64,000 bases of DNA from Hydrurus foetidus. Taxonomy: Eukaryota. Position numbers and translations under genes: made by a program. The notes beneath the pieces are model-generated. The model searched no databases. It was not told the DNA's origin and worked only from the letters and a program-made list of their open reading frames with translations. Each line of letters begins with the position of its first letter. Position 1 is the stretch's first letter. The stretch covers positions 186,001 through 250,000 of the forward strand of contig UYFQ01000723.1 of assembly GCA_900617105.1 (NCBI GenBank), read 5' to 3'. Positions 1 to 14,672 of this stretch are shown here, in pieces.

Positions 1-109
1 TTAATAGAACTAAGATGTAGGTTATAATTTGAATTATTTTACTCAAATTATAACCTATATTATTTTATTAGACAAAATGTCCTAACTTCATCGTAATGAA
101 TTTTTAAGG

Positions 110-455
110 ATGAAAGCTTTTACAAAATACTATTTACTCTTGCCTTTTCTATTGGTGTGTCATCCTTCGGACACACAAGCAATGAAGGTATTTTTGCTGA
201 TCAAAAGATTAGATTTGTTCAATGTTATCCTAATCCTGCATCTATAAGCATCAATTTTGAGTTTAATATAGCTACTGATAAAACATTTGTGTTATCAGTT
301 TATAATTTTATTGGCAAAAGTCGATGAAGTCAAAGTAAGTACTGCGAAAATAAATCTCAACTTAGATAATTACTACAGAGGTTTATATGTCTATCAAGTG
401 CGTGATAAACAAGGTCCTACTAATTGAAAGTGGAAAATTTCAGGTAGTTAAATAA
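110..455 (+). CDS. Small secreted protein consisting mostly of a T9SS type A sorting domain
   Basis: Signal-peptide-like start, then RFVQCYPNPA...VYNFIG...GLYVYQV...GKFQVVK; frameshifted. Confidence 0.7.
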
Positions 456-457
456 TT

Positions 458-1026
458 TTACATTTCTCCCCACTTATACGAGTTCGTTTCTATTCCAGCA
501 AGTTGTAACATTCTATCTACAACAGTTTCTGCTAATTGCTCAATGTTTAGGTTTTGAATAAAATGATGGTGTTGCAGGACATATTATTCCTCCAGCCAAT
601 GTTATAGTTTCATATTTTTAATATGAATTAAATTGTATGGGGTTTCTCTGGCAACAACAATTAATTTTCTTCTTTCTTTCAAAATCACATCTGCTGATCG
701 AGTAATTAAATCATCACTTATTCCATTTGCAATTCGTCCTAAAGTACCCATACTGCAAGGGACAATAAACATAATATTATATCTAGCAGAACCAGATGCA
801 AATGGTGCAGAAAAATCATTTTTTCGTAAAACTTGATAGGATAATTTTTATATGAGTCGTTATCCAATTCTGTTTGCCAAACCTCCTTTGCATTATTGCT
901 CATCACAACAGCTAAACTCTCCCATTGACTATTAGACGCTACAAGCTTATCTAACAATACTTTTGCATATATTGAGCCACTAGCACCAGTTATAGCAACA
1001 ACAATTTTGTGTTTTAAATTCGTCAT
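458..1026 (-). CDS. ubiX: Flavin prenyltransferase UbiX
   Basis: [15 protein letters not shown] start; [16 protein letters not shown] and RETP motifs across frames. Confidence 0.92.
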
Positions 1027-1029
1027 AAT

Positions 1030-1647
1030 TTATGATTCTAGTTGTTCTATCATCTCTTTCATTTCAGCTAAATGATTCCCATATAATTTTCGCAAATACC
1101 ATTTTGTAAAGAAGAACATTCCTACAGAAAATATCACTACTACTGAAACTAATAGAACTATATATTTTTTAAGATTGATAGAAGTTGGTAACATAGTTGT
1201 ATCTATGTTATGCTCACTATCCATATAGCCAAATAGCCAGAAAACAAAAGACAAATTGGAATAAGTAACATTGTAAATTGAAAATATCTTTTACAAATTC
1301 ATTAACAGTAAATGCATCTTTTTAGATTGTCTTTTATTGAATCAGCGGAAGATGTCAAAGAGTTTATTCGTTTTAATAAATAGAATAAAACCTGTAAAAT
1401 TAATATGACCAATAAAAGAAGGAGAAATAAATTTTAATACTTGAATTTTTGAGAATAAACTTACATAACCAAAACAACTATAAAAATAATGCTGAAAACA
1501 ATTTCAGTCAATAAACTATTCCTAATCTTACTAACAACAGAATTTGTTTTATGTTGTTGAGTGAAGATACATTAGAAACAACCATTTCAAAGCTTTGGTC
1601 GCCTTCTAAACGTTTATTTAATTGTATTTTTAGTTCATCTAAATCAT
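1030..1647 (-). CDS. Membrane protein, probable anti-sigma partner
   Basis: Directly follows an ECF sigma; several hydrophobic segments; ends LYGNHLAEMKEMIEQLES. Confidence 0.6.
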
Positions 1648-1651
1648 TCTA

Positions 1652-2146
1652 CTAGGTTTTATAACTGATAATTTTTTCAGTCTCCTCTTTCAATTTTATT
1701 TTCAGTCGATTCATTTTAACAGCAACATTATTTGGTGTGATACCAAGTGTTTCGCCAATTTCAACATAACTAAAATCTTCCAAATAAAGCATCACTAATG
1801 CTTTATCTATTTTATTTAATTTACCAATTGCTTTGTACATTGCTTTTACCTGCTCTTCAATATTATCTTCGTTGTTAGAAATTTCAGGCAAGTTCTCTGT
1901 AAAGCTAGTTTGTACTTGTTTTTTTTCTTTCTAAAAAAGTTATAGCCGTATTTAATGCCACTCTGTACAACCAAGTACTAAATTGAGCCTCACCTCTAAA
2001 CCCACTATACGACTTCCAAGCTTGTAAACAAATTTCTTGAAATAAGTCTTCTCTATCAGTCTTATTATCCATATATAAATTACAAACTTTGTACACTATT
2101 TTTGATGTGCATTTAATAAGTTTATAAATTCTGCCTCAGAGGTCAT
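1652..2146 (-). CDS. ECF (sigma-70 family) RNA polymerase sigma factor
   Basis: EDLFQEICLQAWKS, FSTWLYRVALN (region 2); SYVEIGETLGITPNNVAVKMNR (region 4). Confidence 0.92.
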
Positions 2147-2217
2147 TTTGTAGTTAATTCGAGTTGCAAAATAAGTATGATATGATGGATATAATCATAC
2201 AAACATTATTTATAATA

Positions 2218-2247
2218 AAAAGAGCTCGTGAAATCACGAGCTCTTTT
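2218..2247 (-). terminator. Intrinsic terminator hairpin
   Basis: Perfect inverted repeat AAAAGAGCTCGTGA-AA-TCACGAGCTCTTTT downstream of the DUF1573 genes. Confidence 0.8.
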
Positions 2248-2264
2248 ATTCCTAAAATAGTTTA

Positions 2265-2680
2265 TTACTTTTCTTTTTGCTGGTTCAGCACCTTTTAAAA
2301 CCTCACCTTCAATTGTTAAAACTGTTGGTTCAGAATATTTAAGAATTTCACTGTAACAGTTTTTGTGAACAGTCCAGCATTTGCAGCATTATAGGTTACT
2401 TTAATAGGAGATGATTTTCCTTTTAAAATAGGAGCTTTTGAATACTCAGGCGTCGTGCAGCCATTGTGCAGTTGCTTGCTCAATAATTAAAGGTTTACTG
2501 CTTGTATTTTTTAAAACGTTATGCTTTGTAGGAGTTCCTTGCTTTATTTTTCCAAAGCTATACTTTAGCTTATCAAAACTAGCAACGGATGCAACTACAG
2601 CAGGGCAGCAACTGGTTTAGTTTGTGCATTTATTGTAGCAAAACTCAGAAGCATTACTACACCTAAAATAATTTTTTCAT
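2265..2680 (-). CDS. DUF1573 domain protein
   Basis: FGKIKQGTP..FKNTSSKPLIIEQATA..GCTTPEYSKAPI..VTYNAANAG.FTKTVT. Confidence 0.8.
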
Positions 2681-2697
2681 ACTAATATTTTTAATGT

Positions 2698-3397
2698 TTA
2701 GTTTCTTCTGCTGGCTTTAATTATCTATAGAACCGTTTGCAGGTGCAGATTCTGTTGGCACAGCATAAGTTTCACCTTTAAAAGTTACAACTTTTGTTAC
2801 ATTGCTATTTAATGTTACAGTAACTGATTTTGAAAAGGAGTTCCACTTCCTGGAGCACCACCGTTAAACCCTAAAATGCAACTGTTTCACCTGGTGCAAA
2901 TTTTTCTTTGCTTCGTACTCGGGAGTTGTGCAACCACAACCTGGTTGAACCAATGTTAATTCTGCAGTTTCTTTACTAATATTTTTGATAAATAAATCAT
3001 ATTTAGCTGCTTTGCCCGCAGGAATTTTACCAAAATCAAATGCATCGTTTTAAATTCGAATAATTTATTTACATCAACTGGAGGTGCAGCAACAGGTGCA
3101 ACTTGAGCAGGTTGACCTAAACTTTCTTTGCTTTCAACAACTTGTGGTGCAGTTTCAATTAATTTGTTTTCCAAAAGTGCAGCTTTTGTCCCTTTAAACA
3201 TCAACTTTAACATCTTTCTTCACTGGTGATTTTTTAACAGCTGTAGGTGTTTTGCAGCACCTGGTACCGATTTTACAACTGCTGGTGTTGTCTTACTTTC
3301 TACTGGAACAGGTTTCTTTTCTGTAATTTTCTTTTCTGTTTGAGCAAAATTGGAGCCGCTACAAAAATGCTGCTACAATTAATAGTACTTTCTTCAT
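2698..3397 (-). CDS. DUF1573 domain protein with low-complexity N-terminal extension
   Basis: Signal peptide, K/P/A-rich linker, then FDFGKI...QPGCGCTTP. Confidence 0.75.
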
Positions 3398-3623
3398 AAT
3401 TGTTTTAATTTTTAAAGGTGTAAAAGTAATTTGTTTGAATGTTTTATTGTAATTAAAAATAAGTTAACAGCTAATCAAAGTAAAAATTATGCCAAAATTC
3501 ATCAATTTCACTTTTTACTGTTTTTAATATCAAAAAGACTAAACATTAGCAAATACTCTAAAATTATTTTCAATTTCCAAGCAAATATCTTCAATGATAT
3601 TCACTAACACTTATTTTTGATGT

Positions 3624-5974
3624 ATGGAAGAAATTATAACGCCAACATATTCTAACGATGTACTTTCCTATGATGCTTTTAAAACTCGGGTTTTAAAGGA
3701 TTATAAAACAACAACAGAGAAACAAGTCTTTTAGGAAGAAGAAGTGCTTACAGGAAAAAGCAAAATTTGGAATTTTTGGAGATGGAAAAGAAATAGCACA
3801 AATTGCTATGGCAAAATCTTTTTGCTCCTGGTGATTTTCGCAGTGGATACTATCATTGATCAAACTTTTATGTTTGCTAGTGGCTTAGCAAGTGTTGAAC
3901 AATTCTTTGCTCAAATGTATGCCGACCAGATGTTAATAACGAACCTTTTAGTGCAGGAAGACAAATGGTAGCACATTTTGCTACAAAATGTTGATGAAAA
4001 TGTAGCTTTAGACCTTGCCAATAGAAAAATGTTAGTGCAGACATTTCACCGACTGCTGGTCAAATGCCACGTGCTGTGGGCTTAGCATTGGCGTCAAAAT
4101 CATTTAGACATATACAACAACTTTGGAATAAAACAGATTTGAGCCACAATGGAAATGAAGTTTGTTTTGCACCATTGGTGATGCGTCAACGAGTGAAGGA
4201 CATTTTGGGAAAGTGTTAATGCAGCTGGTGTAATGCAAATTCCTTTAGCAATTTTCGTTTGGGATGATGGCTATGGCATATCAGTTCAAATAGTTATCAA
4301 ACAACAAAGGCTCCATTTCAACATTATTACAAGGATTTCAAAAGAAAAAGATACCAATGGTATTCAAATTTATAAAGTAAAAGGCTGGGATTATGCAGCT
4401 ATGTGTGAAGTATTTGAAGCTGGGATTCAAAAATTAGAAACCATACCCCTGCAATATTCCACGTTCAAGAATTAACCAACCTCAAGGTCATAGCACTAGT
4501 GGTAGTCGTGAAAGATATAAAACACCCGAGCGTTTACAATGGGAAAAAGATTGGGATTGTAACAAGCAGTTTAAAGCTTGGATTTTAGAAAATGCCATCG
4601 CTAGCGAACAAAATTAGATACTATTGAAGACGATGCTAGAAATTTTTGTTGAGATAGCAAAACTAGAGCTTGGGAGAAATTTCAGAAATCGATTCTTGAG
4701 CAAGTTATAAAAGCTACAGATTTAATAGCTTCTATCAGCACAACTGATGTTGAAACTTATCATCATATTCAACAAATTGCTACAAATTTAAAAGCTATTA
4801 AAGAGCCTTTACGCAGAGACGTAATGCAATCGCTTTGTTTGGCTTTAGAATTAGCTCCATCTGCACAAGAAATTAAAGACTATTATAATTATCTAGTTAC
4901 AGAAAACAAAGATTTATTTAACTCACATTTATATAATCAAGGTAATAAAAGTGCTTTGAAAGTTGCAGAAACAAAGCCTTGGATTTCGTTTGATGCACAA
5001 ACACTTAATGGATATGAAATATTGAATAAATATTTTGATTCATTGTTCGCCAACAATCCTCTAGTCGTTGCATTTGGCGAGGATTTAGGTTTTATTGGAG
5101 ATGTAAATCAAGGTTTCTCTGGACTACAAAAAGTATGGTGAAGAAAAAATTTTTGATGTAGGTATTAGAGAAGCTACAATTGCTGGACAAGCAATTGGTA
5201 TGGCAGTTCGTGGACTTAGACCTATTGCAGAAATACAATATTTGGAGCTATTTGTTATACGCCATTCAAACATTAAGTGATGATGTTGCTACCTTACATT
5301 GCAGAACAAAGGACAACAAACCTGCCCATTAATTATTAGAACAAGAGGGCATAGATTGGAAGGTGTTTGGCATAGTGGTAGTCAATGGGTATGATTTTAA
5401 ATGCACTTCGTGGAATGTATGTTTGTATACCACGCAATATGGTGCAAGCAATTGGAATGTATAACACCCTATTACAAAGCAACGATCAGGTATTGTAATT
5501 GAATGTTTAAATGGGTATCGTTTAAAAGAAAAATGCCTGCTAATTTATTGGAGTTTACAGTACCTTTTGGTGTGCCAGAAACTCATCAAACAAGGAACAG
5601 ACATCACTATTGTATCTTATGGTTCTACATTAAGAATTATTAGTGATGCAGCAGAAAGATTAGAGAAACAAGGAGTAAGTTGCAGTTATTGATGTACAAA
5701 CTTTACTACCATTCGATATTCATCATCATATTGTTGAATCTTTAAAGAAAACCAACAAATTTTATTTGTTGATGAAGATGTACCTGGTGGAGCTGCTGCT
5801 TATATGTTTAATAAAGTGATGGAAGAACAAGGTGGCTATAAATGGTTTGATGCTGCTCCACGAACTTTATCAGCACAAGCACACAGACCTGCTTATGGTA
5901 GCGATGGCGATTATTTTAGTAAGCCAAATGTTGAAGATGTTATGAGAGTTGTAAATGAAATGATGGCTGAATAA
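3624..5974 (+). CDS. Fused 2-oxoacid dehydrogenase E1 alpha/beta (TPP-dependent)
   Basis: [14 protein letters not shown] motif; [46 protein letters not shown]. Confidence 0.88.
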
Positions 5975-6032
5975 TGGTGCTTACTATTTATTAATTTAAG
6001 ATTCACAATTCTTTCATTAACTGAATATTTAT

Positions 6033-6700
6033 ATGTTCAAAAAGTGTATGAAATTCCTTGTACCATTTTTATTGCTTTCACTTACTAATAATTTAAACGC
6101 TCAAACAGATACAAGTAAAATTTATAATGCTAAACAATTCAAGAAAGGAATTTATAAAAATGCTAAAGAGTTTTTGATAAACAATCCTTCGATTGCAATA
6201 GAGTTTAATTATAAAACTTCAACTTTAAAAGACTCAAGTAATGATGTTATTGTAGCTGAATTAAGCTTAGTTGATTCTAATGATGTTCCAAGAAATGTTT
6301 GGGGCTATTGTGACGGAACAAATATTTATGTTCATTATCCAATGGAACATAGAATTAATAAATATTACAAGCTACAAGTAGTAGATTTTTTCTCTTGTTT
6401 TACTTGCACACATAATGATGATTTTAGGTTAGGAGTTTTGGGCAATTTATTAAATGATGCTATCAATGGTAATCCTGTTTATGATTTAATGCAAATAAAT
6501 TCTCGTGGTGAAGTTTGGCTCTAGATATAACAAGAATGAAAATGTTATTATCACGAAATCAACCATTGTTAAAAGAATTTAAACTAAAGCTAGGTCAAAT
6601 TAAAGATTTAAAAGTCGATGAAAATACTAAAATAAATAAAGATTATTTAGAACGTGAATTAATGATTGAGTATCTAAAAAAATTAAACAAAGTAATTTAA
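6033..6700 (+). CDS. Hypothetical secreted protein
   Basis: Signal peptide; KKGIYKNAKEFLINNPS and VWGYCDGTNIY motifs; two ORFs joined by a frameshift. Confidence 0.6.
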
Positions 6701-6718
6701 TGATAATATTTACTGAAA

Positions 6719-6766
6719 TAAAACATCAAATCCCTTGAAATTAATTTCAAAGGATTTGATGTTTTA
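6719..6766. terminator. Bidirectional terminator hairpin
   Basis: TAAAACATCAAATCC...GGATTTGATGTTTTA between convergent genes. Confidence 0.75.
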
Positions 6767-6768
6767 AA

Positions 6769-9347
6769 CTAATTTTTACCCTTCTCTAAACACCACCATT
6801 CCATCAAACACATCTGCTAAAATTGGCTTCGTTTTATCTATGTTTCCTTGCAATATTTTTTGCTTAGTTCATTCACCACAGCCTTTTGTATCAAACGTTT
6901 CAAAGGTCTTGCACCAAATGTTGGGTCGTAACCATTTTGCAATAAAAAGTCAATTAAGTAATCTGTAAATTGTAATTGAATTCCATTTTCAGCAACACGA
7001 TTTTTTAATTCGTTAAGTTGAATAGTAATAATACCTTTCATTTCTTTTTTAAGCAATGGATGAAACATTATAATTTCATCAACACGATTTAAAAACTCTG
7101 GTCTTACAGTTTCTCTTAACAAAACCATCACTTCTTTTCGGCTTGTTCAGAAATTTCATCGATGTTGTTTTCATTTACATTTTCAAATTTTTCTTGAATA
7201 ATATGACTACCAATATTACTTGTCATAATGATGATAGTGTTTTAAAATTCACTGTTCTTCCTTTGTTATCAGTCAATCTTCCATCGTCTAAAACCTGCAA
7301 TAAAATATTCCAAACATCTGGATGTGCTTTTTCAATTTCATCAAGCAACAACACTGTAAGGCTTTCTACGAACAGCTTCATTAATTGACCACCTTCATCA
7401 TAACCCACATATCCTGGAGGAGCACCAACTATCTACTCACAGTATGTTTCTCTTGATATTCACTCATATCAATTCTTGTCAACATACTTTCATCATCAAA
7501 TAAATAAGCAGCTAATGCTTTTGCCAATTCAGTTTACCAACACCAGTTGTACCTAAAAATATAAATGAGCCAATTGGTTTTAGGATCTTGCAAACCTGCT
7601 CTGCTCCTTCTGATTGCATCTGCAACTGCAACAATTGCTTCCTGCTGACCAATTACTTTTTATGCAACTCATCTTCTAAGTTCAACAATTTTTCTCTTTC
7701 GCTTTGCAACATTTTTGATACAGGAATATGAGTCATTCTTGCAATGGTTTCAGCAATATCTTCTGCATCAACTTCTTCTTTCATCAATCTTTTTTCAGAT
7801 GATTTATCCAACTCAACGCTTAAAGATTCTATCAATTTTCCTGCTCCTTTATTTTACCATAACGATTTCAGCCACCTTGCCAAAGTCACCATTTCGTTCT
7901 GCAAGTTCTGCTTCGTGCTTTAAGTTTTCAATAGTTGATTTTGCATTTTGCACTTTATCAACCAATTCTTTTCGGCTTTCCACTTTGCTTTAAACGTATC
8001 ACGTTGCACAGATAATGTTGAAATTTCTGTATTTAAATCCTTCAACTTTGGCTCATCATTTTCGCGTTTGATAGCTTCTCTTTCAATTTCAAGTTGACGA
8101 ATTTTTCTTTCCAATTCATCCAATTCTTCGGCATACTATTCATCTCAAGCCTAAGCTTGGCAGCACTTTCATCAATTAAGTCAATGGCTTTGTCTGGCAA
8201 AATCTATCTGTAATATATCGTTGAGACAATTCAACAGCAGCAATAATTGCTTCATCTTTTATGCGAACGTGATGATGTGTTTCGTATCTATCTTTTAATC
8301 CACGCAGGATAGAAATAGCATCTTCTGTGCTTGGCTCATCAATCATCACTTTTGAACCTTCTTTCAAGTGCTTTATCTTTTTCAAAATATTTTGATACTC
8401 ATTCAATGTAGTTGCACCAATTGCTCTTAGCTCTCCACGAGCTAATGCGGGCTTCAAAATGTTGGCTGCATCCATTGCACCCTCACCACCACCAGCACCA
8501 ATTAATGTATGTATTTCATCAATAAATAAAATAATTTCACCATCACTTTCTGCCACTTCTTTTACTACCGCTTTTAGTCTTTCCTCAAACTCGCCTTTAT
8601 ATTTTGCACCAGCAATTAATTGCCCCATATCAAGACTGTATAAAATCTTAGATTTTAAATTTTCTGGCACATCACCATTTACAATTCTCATTGCCAAACC
8701 CTCTGCTATGGCTGTTTTTCCAACTCCTGGCTCACCAACAAGTATAGGATTGTTTTACTTCTTCTGCTTAAAATATGTAGTGTTCTTCTTATCTCTTCAT
8801 CACGACCAATTACAGGATCAAGCTTACCAGAAGCAGCAAATTCATTGAGGTTTCTTGCATACTTTTTAATGCTTCAAACTGACTATTTTGAGTTTGAGAA
8901 TTTACTGTTGAGCCTTTGCGTAAATCTTTAATAGCAGCTACTAAACCTTTTCTGTAAGCCCAGCATCTTTTAAAATTTTTGCAGTGTCGTCATTCACTTG
9001 TAACAACCCAAGCATCAAATGTTCAACACTAATGAACTCATCGCCAAATTGTTTTAGTGAAGCATTTGCTTTTAAGAAAGCTGTATTTAAATCTCGGCCA
9101 ATATTTTGGGCTGCTTCGCCACTTGCTTGCTTTGGTAAACGTGCAATGCTTTCATCAATTTTAGTTTCAACAAAGCTGTATTTACATCGTTTTTCTTTAA
9201 TAAATATTGCACACTACTGTCTTCATCTGCCAATAAAACTTTTAACAAATGATTGGTTTCTATGTTTACATTATTGCTGTTGAAAGCCTTTTGCTGTGCA
9301 GCTTGCACAATTTCTTGGGCTTTGATTGTATAGTTATTTAAATTCAT
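6769..9347 (-). CDS. clpB: ATP-dependent chaperone ClpB
   Basis: [28 protein letters not shown], middle coiled coil, [30 protein letters not shown]. Confidence 0.96.
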
Positions 9348-9408
9348 AATTCTTTATTTTCGTTAAACCAAACGCTCAAATCACAATCCATAATAAAAAC
9401 AAGTAACT

Positions 9409-10578
9409 ATGGCACATAAAGTTAAAGTTAACTGCCTGTATTTCCGATTATTATTTGCATCTCTGCTATTATTTCAGTTTTCTATTGCTCAAAACTTTTC
9501 TGGTGTTGATAATTGGCTAGACAATAATATTTCAGAACTTGGTGGCAGAGCAGTTATGCTTATTTATAAAGATGATAAAATAATTTATACAAAAGAAAAG
9601 AATGAAATCTCTCGTAAACAAAAATTTGGTGCTAAATGGTTAGCAAAAAACAGGTAAAGAAGCAGATTTAAGTGATTTTACTGTTGATACAAAACAGCGA
9701 GTTGCAAGTTGCAGTAAATGGCTAACAGCAGCATTGGCTATGACTTTTGTTGATGAGAAATCTTAATTTAGAAGATACTATTGGTAAGTTTTTGCCAATA
9801 ATGACTGCACATAATAAAGGCAAAATAAAAGTGTGGCAGTGTCTTAGTCATTTAACAGGCATTAAACAAACTGGCGTTGCTGCAAGTATGAATGGAAGTG
9901 ATGATGATAGTGGTGAGGAAGCTCCTAAAAACAAGTCTTAAAGATAAATTAGAAAAACTGGCAACTAAAAAGACAATGGTTGGAATACAATGCAACAAGC
10001 TATTGATAGCATTGCAACTGCACCAATGGAAGGAGCCCGGCAAAACATTTCATTATGGAAATGCAGGATTACAAATCATTGCAGCTATTGTAGAAAAATA
10101 GGCAATAAAGATTTTGAAACATTATTTCAGGAAAGAGTTGCAAAGCCTTTGCAAATGAACAGTACAGATTTTGGCAAACAACCTGTTCCATTGGCTGCAG
10201 GTGGTGCTTGGAGTACACCTAAAGATTATTTGAATTTTCTGCAAATGATTCTAAATGAAGGAATGTTTAATGGCAAAAATCATAAGCAAAAACTCAATCA
10301 TTGAAATGCAAAAGAATCGTGTGGCTAAAGATGCAAAATCATCTACTCACCAACAGAAGCAGGCAATTGGGGTTATGGTTTTGGAGAATGGGTAATGGAT
10401 GGCAGTACTGAACTCAAAGGTCAAAAGTAATTTCAAGTCCTGGTTTATTTGGTACGTTTCCTTGGGTAGATAATCAAAAAATACTGTGCCATACTATTCA
10501 CTTTCAACATTAAAAGCAAGGGAGACACGAACGCTATACAGCTTTGAAAAAGAGGTTGATGATGCAATTACAAAGTAG
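9409..10578 (+). CDS. Serine hydrolase, beta-lactamase-related family
   Basis: ASCSK (SxxK), LSHLTG, FHYGNAG (YxN), AAGGAWST, SPGLFGTFPWVD. Confidence 0.82.
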
Positions 10579-10583
10579 ATTAG

Positions 10584-11749
<1,166 letters not shown>

Positions 11750-11784
11750 CAATAAAAGCAAAAGTTAAAAGTCAAAACCAAAAT

Positions 11785-11828
11785 TTTTCTCTGTTTTCTC
11801 TGTGAAAACCTTTGTGTACTTTGTGGGT
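11785..11828. repeat. CTCTGT(G/T)-type short degenerate repeats
   Basis: tctctgttttctctgtgaaaacctttgtgtactttgtggg after tgt. Confidence 0.5.
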
Positions 11829-11839
11829 AAAATTAATTT

Positions 11840-12664
11840 ATGAAAAAAGTAATTACATTCTGTTTAACGATAATAATTGTATTCAATTCCATTGCACAAA
11901 AGCAATTTACATTCACTTCTAACAACACAATGTTTCCATTAAAACTGCAAGTTCAAAATACCCAAGTAGCGATAGCAGATTTAATGATAATAGTTGTTTG
12001 GTGTATGTTCCAAAACATTTCGATAAAACAAACCCTGGCATTTTATGCTTTGGTTTAAATGGATGGAACAATAATATTCAAAGCACTATTGAGCAATTCA
12101 AGTTACGTGAACAAATTGCATTAAGTGGTGCAAATGTTATTTTAATAATGCCCGAAGGTGTAAAAAATGGCAACGATAGTTATTGTGGCAATTGGGGAGC
12201 AAGCCAACTATTTCAATTGGTTTATGGAAGATGTAAAATTGAAATTAAAATCAGAGAAAATAGTTGATAAAATAACTGCCGATAATCAACTAATTATTGC
12301 TGGTCATAGTGGTGCATCAAGAGCATTAGTGCAAGTGATGGATTTTTCATCAACCCCTATAAAAGCCATATTAATGTTTGATGCAATTTATAGCCACGAA
12401 ACTAATATTATCAACTGTTTAAAAAGATTTCCATCTTGCAAACTAATCAATCTTCATACATCACGTGAAGCTTGCACCACAAGTACAAGAAACCTCATAC
12501 AGTTAATGCAAAAACAAAAGATAAATTATTTGCAGAAGCAAGACAAAGATGTTACAGATGCGGAATTAAAAGCAATAGAATTATTTGCTTATCATCAAAT
12601 CTATCGCACAACGATGTACCTGTTTCTTATAACTATTTAAGCAGATTTTAAAAGCAAGTGAATA
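11840..12664 (+). CDS. Secreted alpha/beta-hydrolase-like protein
   Basis: Signal peptide; IAGHSGAS nucleophile elbow; ILMFDAIY; late HNDVP. Confidence 0.6.
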
Positions 12665-12695
12665 AATTTATTCAAACAAGATTAAACAGTAAACT

Positions 12696-14646
12696 ATGAA
12701 CTACTATAATATACCACAACCAACACGTTTAAAAACAAGAGAAGTTAAAGTAGGCAATTTGCTTATTGGTAACAATCATCCTGTTCGTGTGCAAACAATG
12801 ACCACAACCGATACAATGGATACATTGGCTACTGTTGAACAATCTATTCGTTGTATAGAAGCTGGTGCAGAGTTGGTTCGTATTACAGCCCCTTCAAAAA
12901 AGAGGCAGAGAACCTGCAAAACATAAAAGATGAATTGCATAAACGTGGCTATAATACACCATTGGTTGCTGATATTCATTTCACACCAAACGCTGCAGAA
13001 ATTGCTGCAAGAATAGTTGAGAAAGTAAGAGTGAATCCAGGCAATTATGTTGATAAGAAAAATTTGAACAAATTGAATATACCGATGCAGAATATGCTGA
13101 AGAAATTGAACGCATTAGAGAACGTTTTACGCCACTTGTGAGGATTTGCAAAGAGTATGGTACTGCAATGCGTATAGGCACCAATCACGGCAGTTTGAGT
13201 GATAGAATTATGAGCCGTTATGGCGATACTGCCAATGGAATGGTGGAAAGTGCTATGGAGTTTTTGCGTATTGCAAGAAGCGAAGATTATCATAACATTA
13301 TTCTAAGTATGAAAAGCAGTAACCCAATTGTAATGGTAGAAGCTTATCGTTTTACTTGCCAAAACAATGCAGGATGAATTTGGCGAAATTTATCCATTAC
13401 ATTTAGGTGTTACCGAAGCTGGTGATGGCGAAGATGGTAGAATTAAAAGTGCTATTGGTATTGGCACTTTATTGCAGGACGGTATTGGTGATACTATTAG
13501 AGTTTCTTTAACCGAAGATCCTGAATTTGAAATTCCTGTTTGTGTGGATTTAGTGAAGTCAGTAAGTCAATCGGTAACTGAGTCAATAACCAATCAACCA
13601 ATCAACCAATCAACCAATCAACTAATTGCTAATTCCAAATTCCCACTTCCCGTAGTTATTGCAGATTTTATGTTGGCTGAAACTATTACTGACCAGGACT
13701 TACAAAGCATTGGCTATACTTATAACGAAACAGCAGACAAGTGGAATATTGGTGATGCAGCAGCTGATTTTATTTATACAAGCAATAAAATTTTAGATTT
13801 TGCATTGCCAGGAACATTAAGGGTTTTGGTTGATGCAAATGTTTGGGATGAAAATTAGATACTGAAAAATATTTCCCATTGTATCAAGCAAGTGAAGTGT
13901 TTAATGAAAATTCAAAATTCAAAATTCAAAATTCAAAACTAAATTTTATAGCTCTTGATGTAAGTAAAAACGTTGATGAAATAATTGAAGCAACAAAAAT
14001 TATGATACAGTTGTTTACATAATTTATTCTAATGAAAGCAATGGAATGCAGCAGTGTAGGGCATTTGCACAAGAACTTGCTGAACAAAAATATCTATCAT
14101 CCAATTATAATTGCAGTAGAAAGCTATCATTCAAGTATTGATGAACAGCTCATTCATTTTTCTCAAAAGCAGGAGCATTATTTTTAGATAATATTGGCAA
14201 TGGCATTTGGTTAATGAACGATCCAAGTAAACTTGTTAACCAGCAAGTGAATGGCAGAACTTATTTGCCAGTAAATAACAACCACCAGTTTTAAATAATA
14301 CCTCGTTTGGTATTTTACAAGCAACTAGAAAACGTATTTCTAAAACAGAATATATTAGTTGCCCAAGTTGTGGTAGAACCTTATTTGAGTTGCAAGAAAC
14401 CACAGCAAAAATCAGGAATAGAACCAATCATTTAAAAGGTTTAAAATTGCTATAATGGGTTGCATTGTAAATGGACCTGGCGAAATGGCTGATGCCGATT
14501 TTGGTTATGTGGGAAGCGGTGTTGGTAAAATAACTTTATATAAGGGCAAAGAAGTTGTTAAAAAGAACATCGACAGCGAGGTGGCTGTCGATGAACTAAT
14601 TAATCTTTTGAAAGAAAATGATGCTTGGATAGACGTACCTTTATAA
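12696..14646 (+). CDS. ispG: (E)-4-hydroxy-3-methylbut-2-enyl-diphosphate synthase (long form)
   Basis: [57 protein letters not shown]. Confidence 0.96.
13557..13644. repeat. Octamer (ACCAATCA)4 plus heptamer repeats inside ispG
   Basis: Read directly; in frame, encodes [28 protein letters not shown]. Confidence 0.9.
13907..13940. repeat. Heptamer (AAAATTC)4 inside ispG
   Basis: Read directly. Confidence 0.9.
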
Positions 14647-14672
14647 TTCTAGTTATAAAAGTTTATGGAGAG

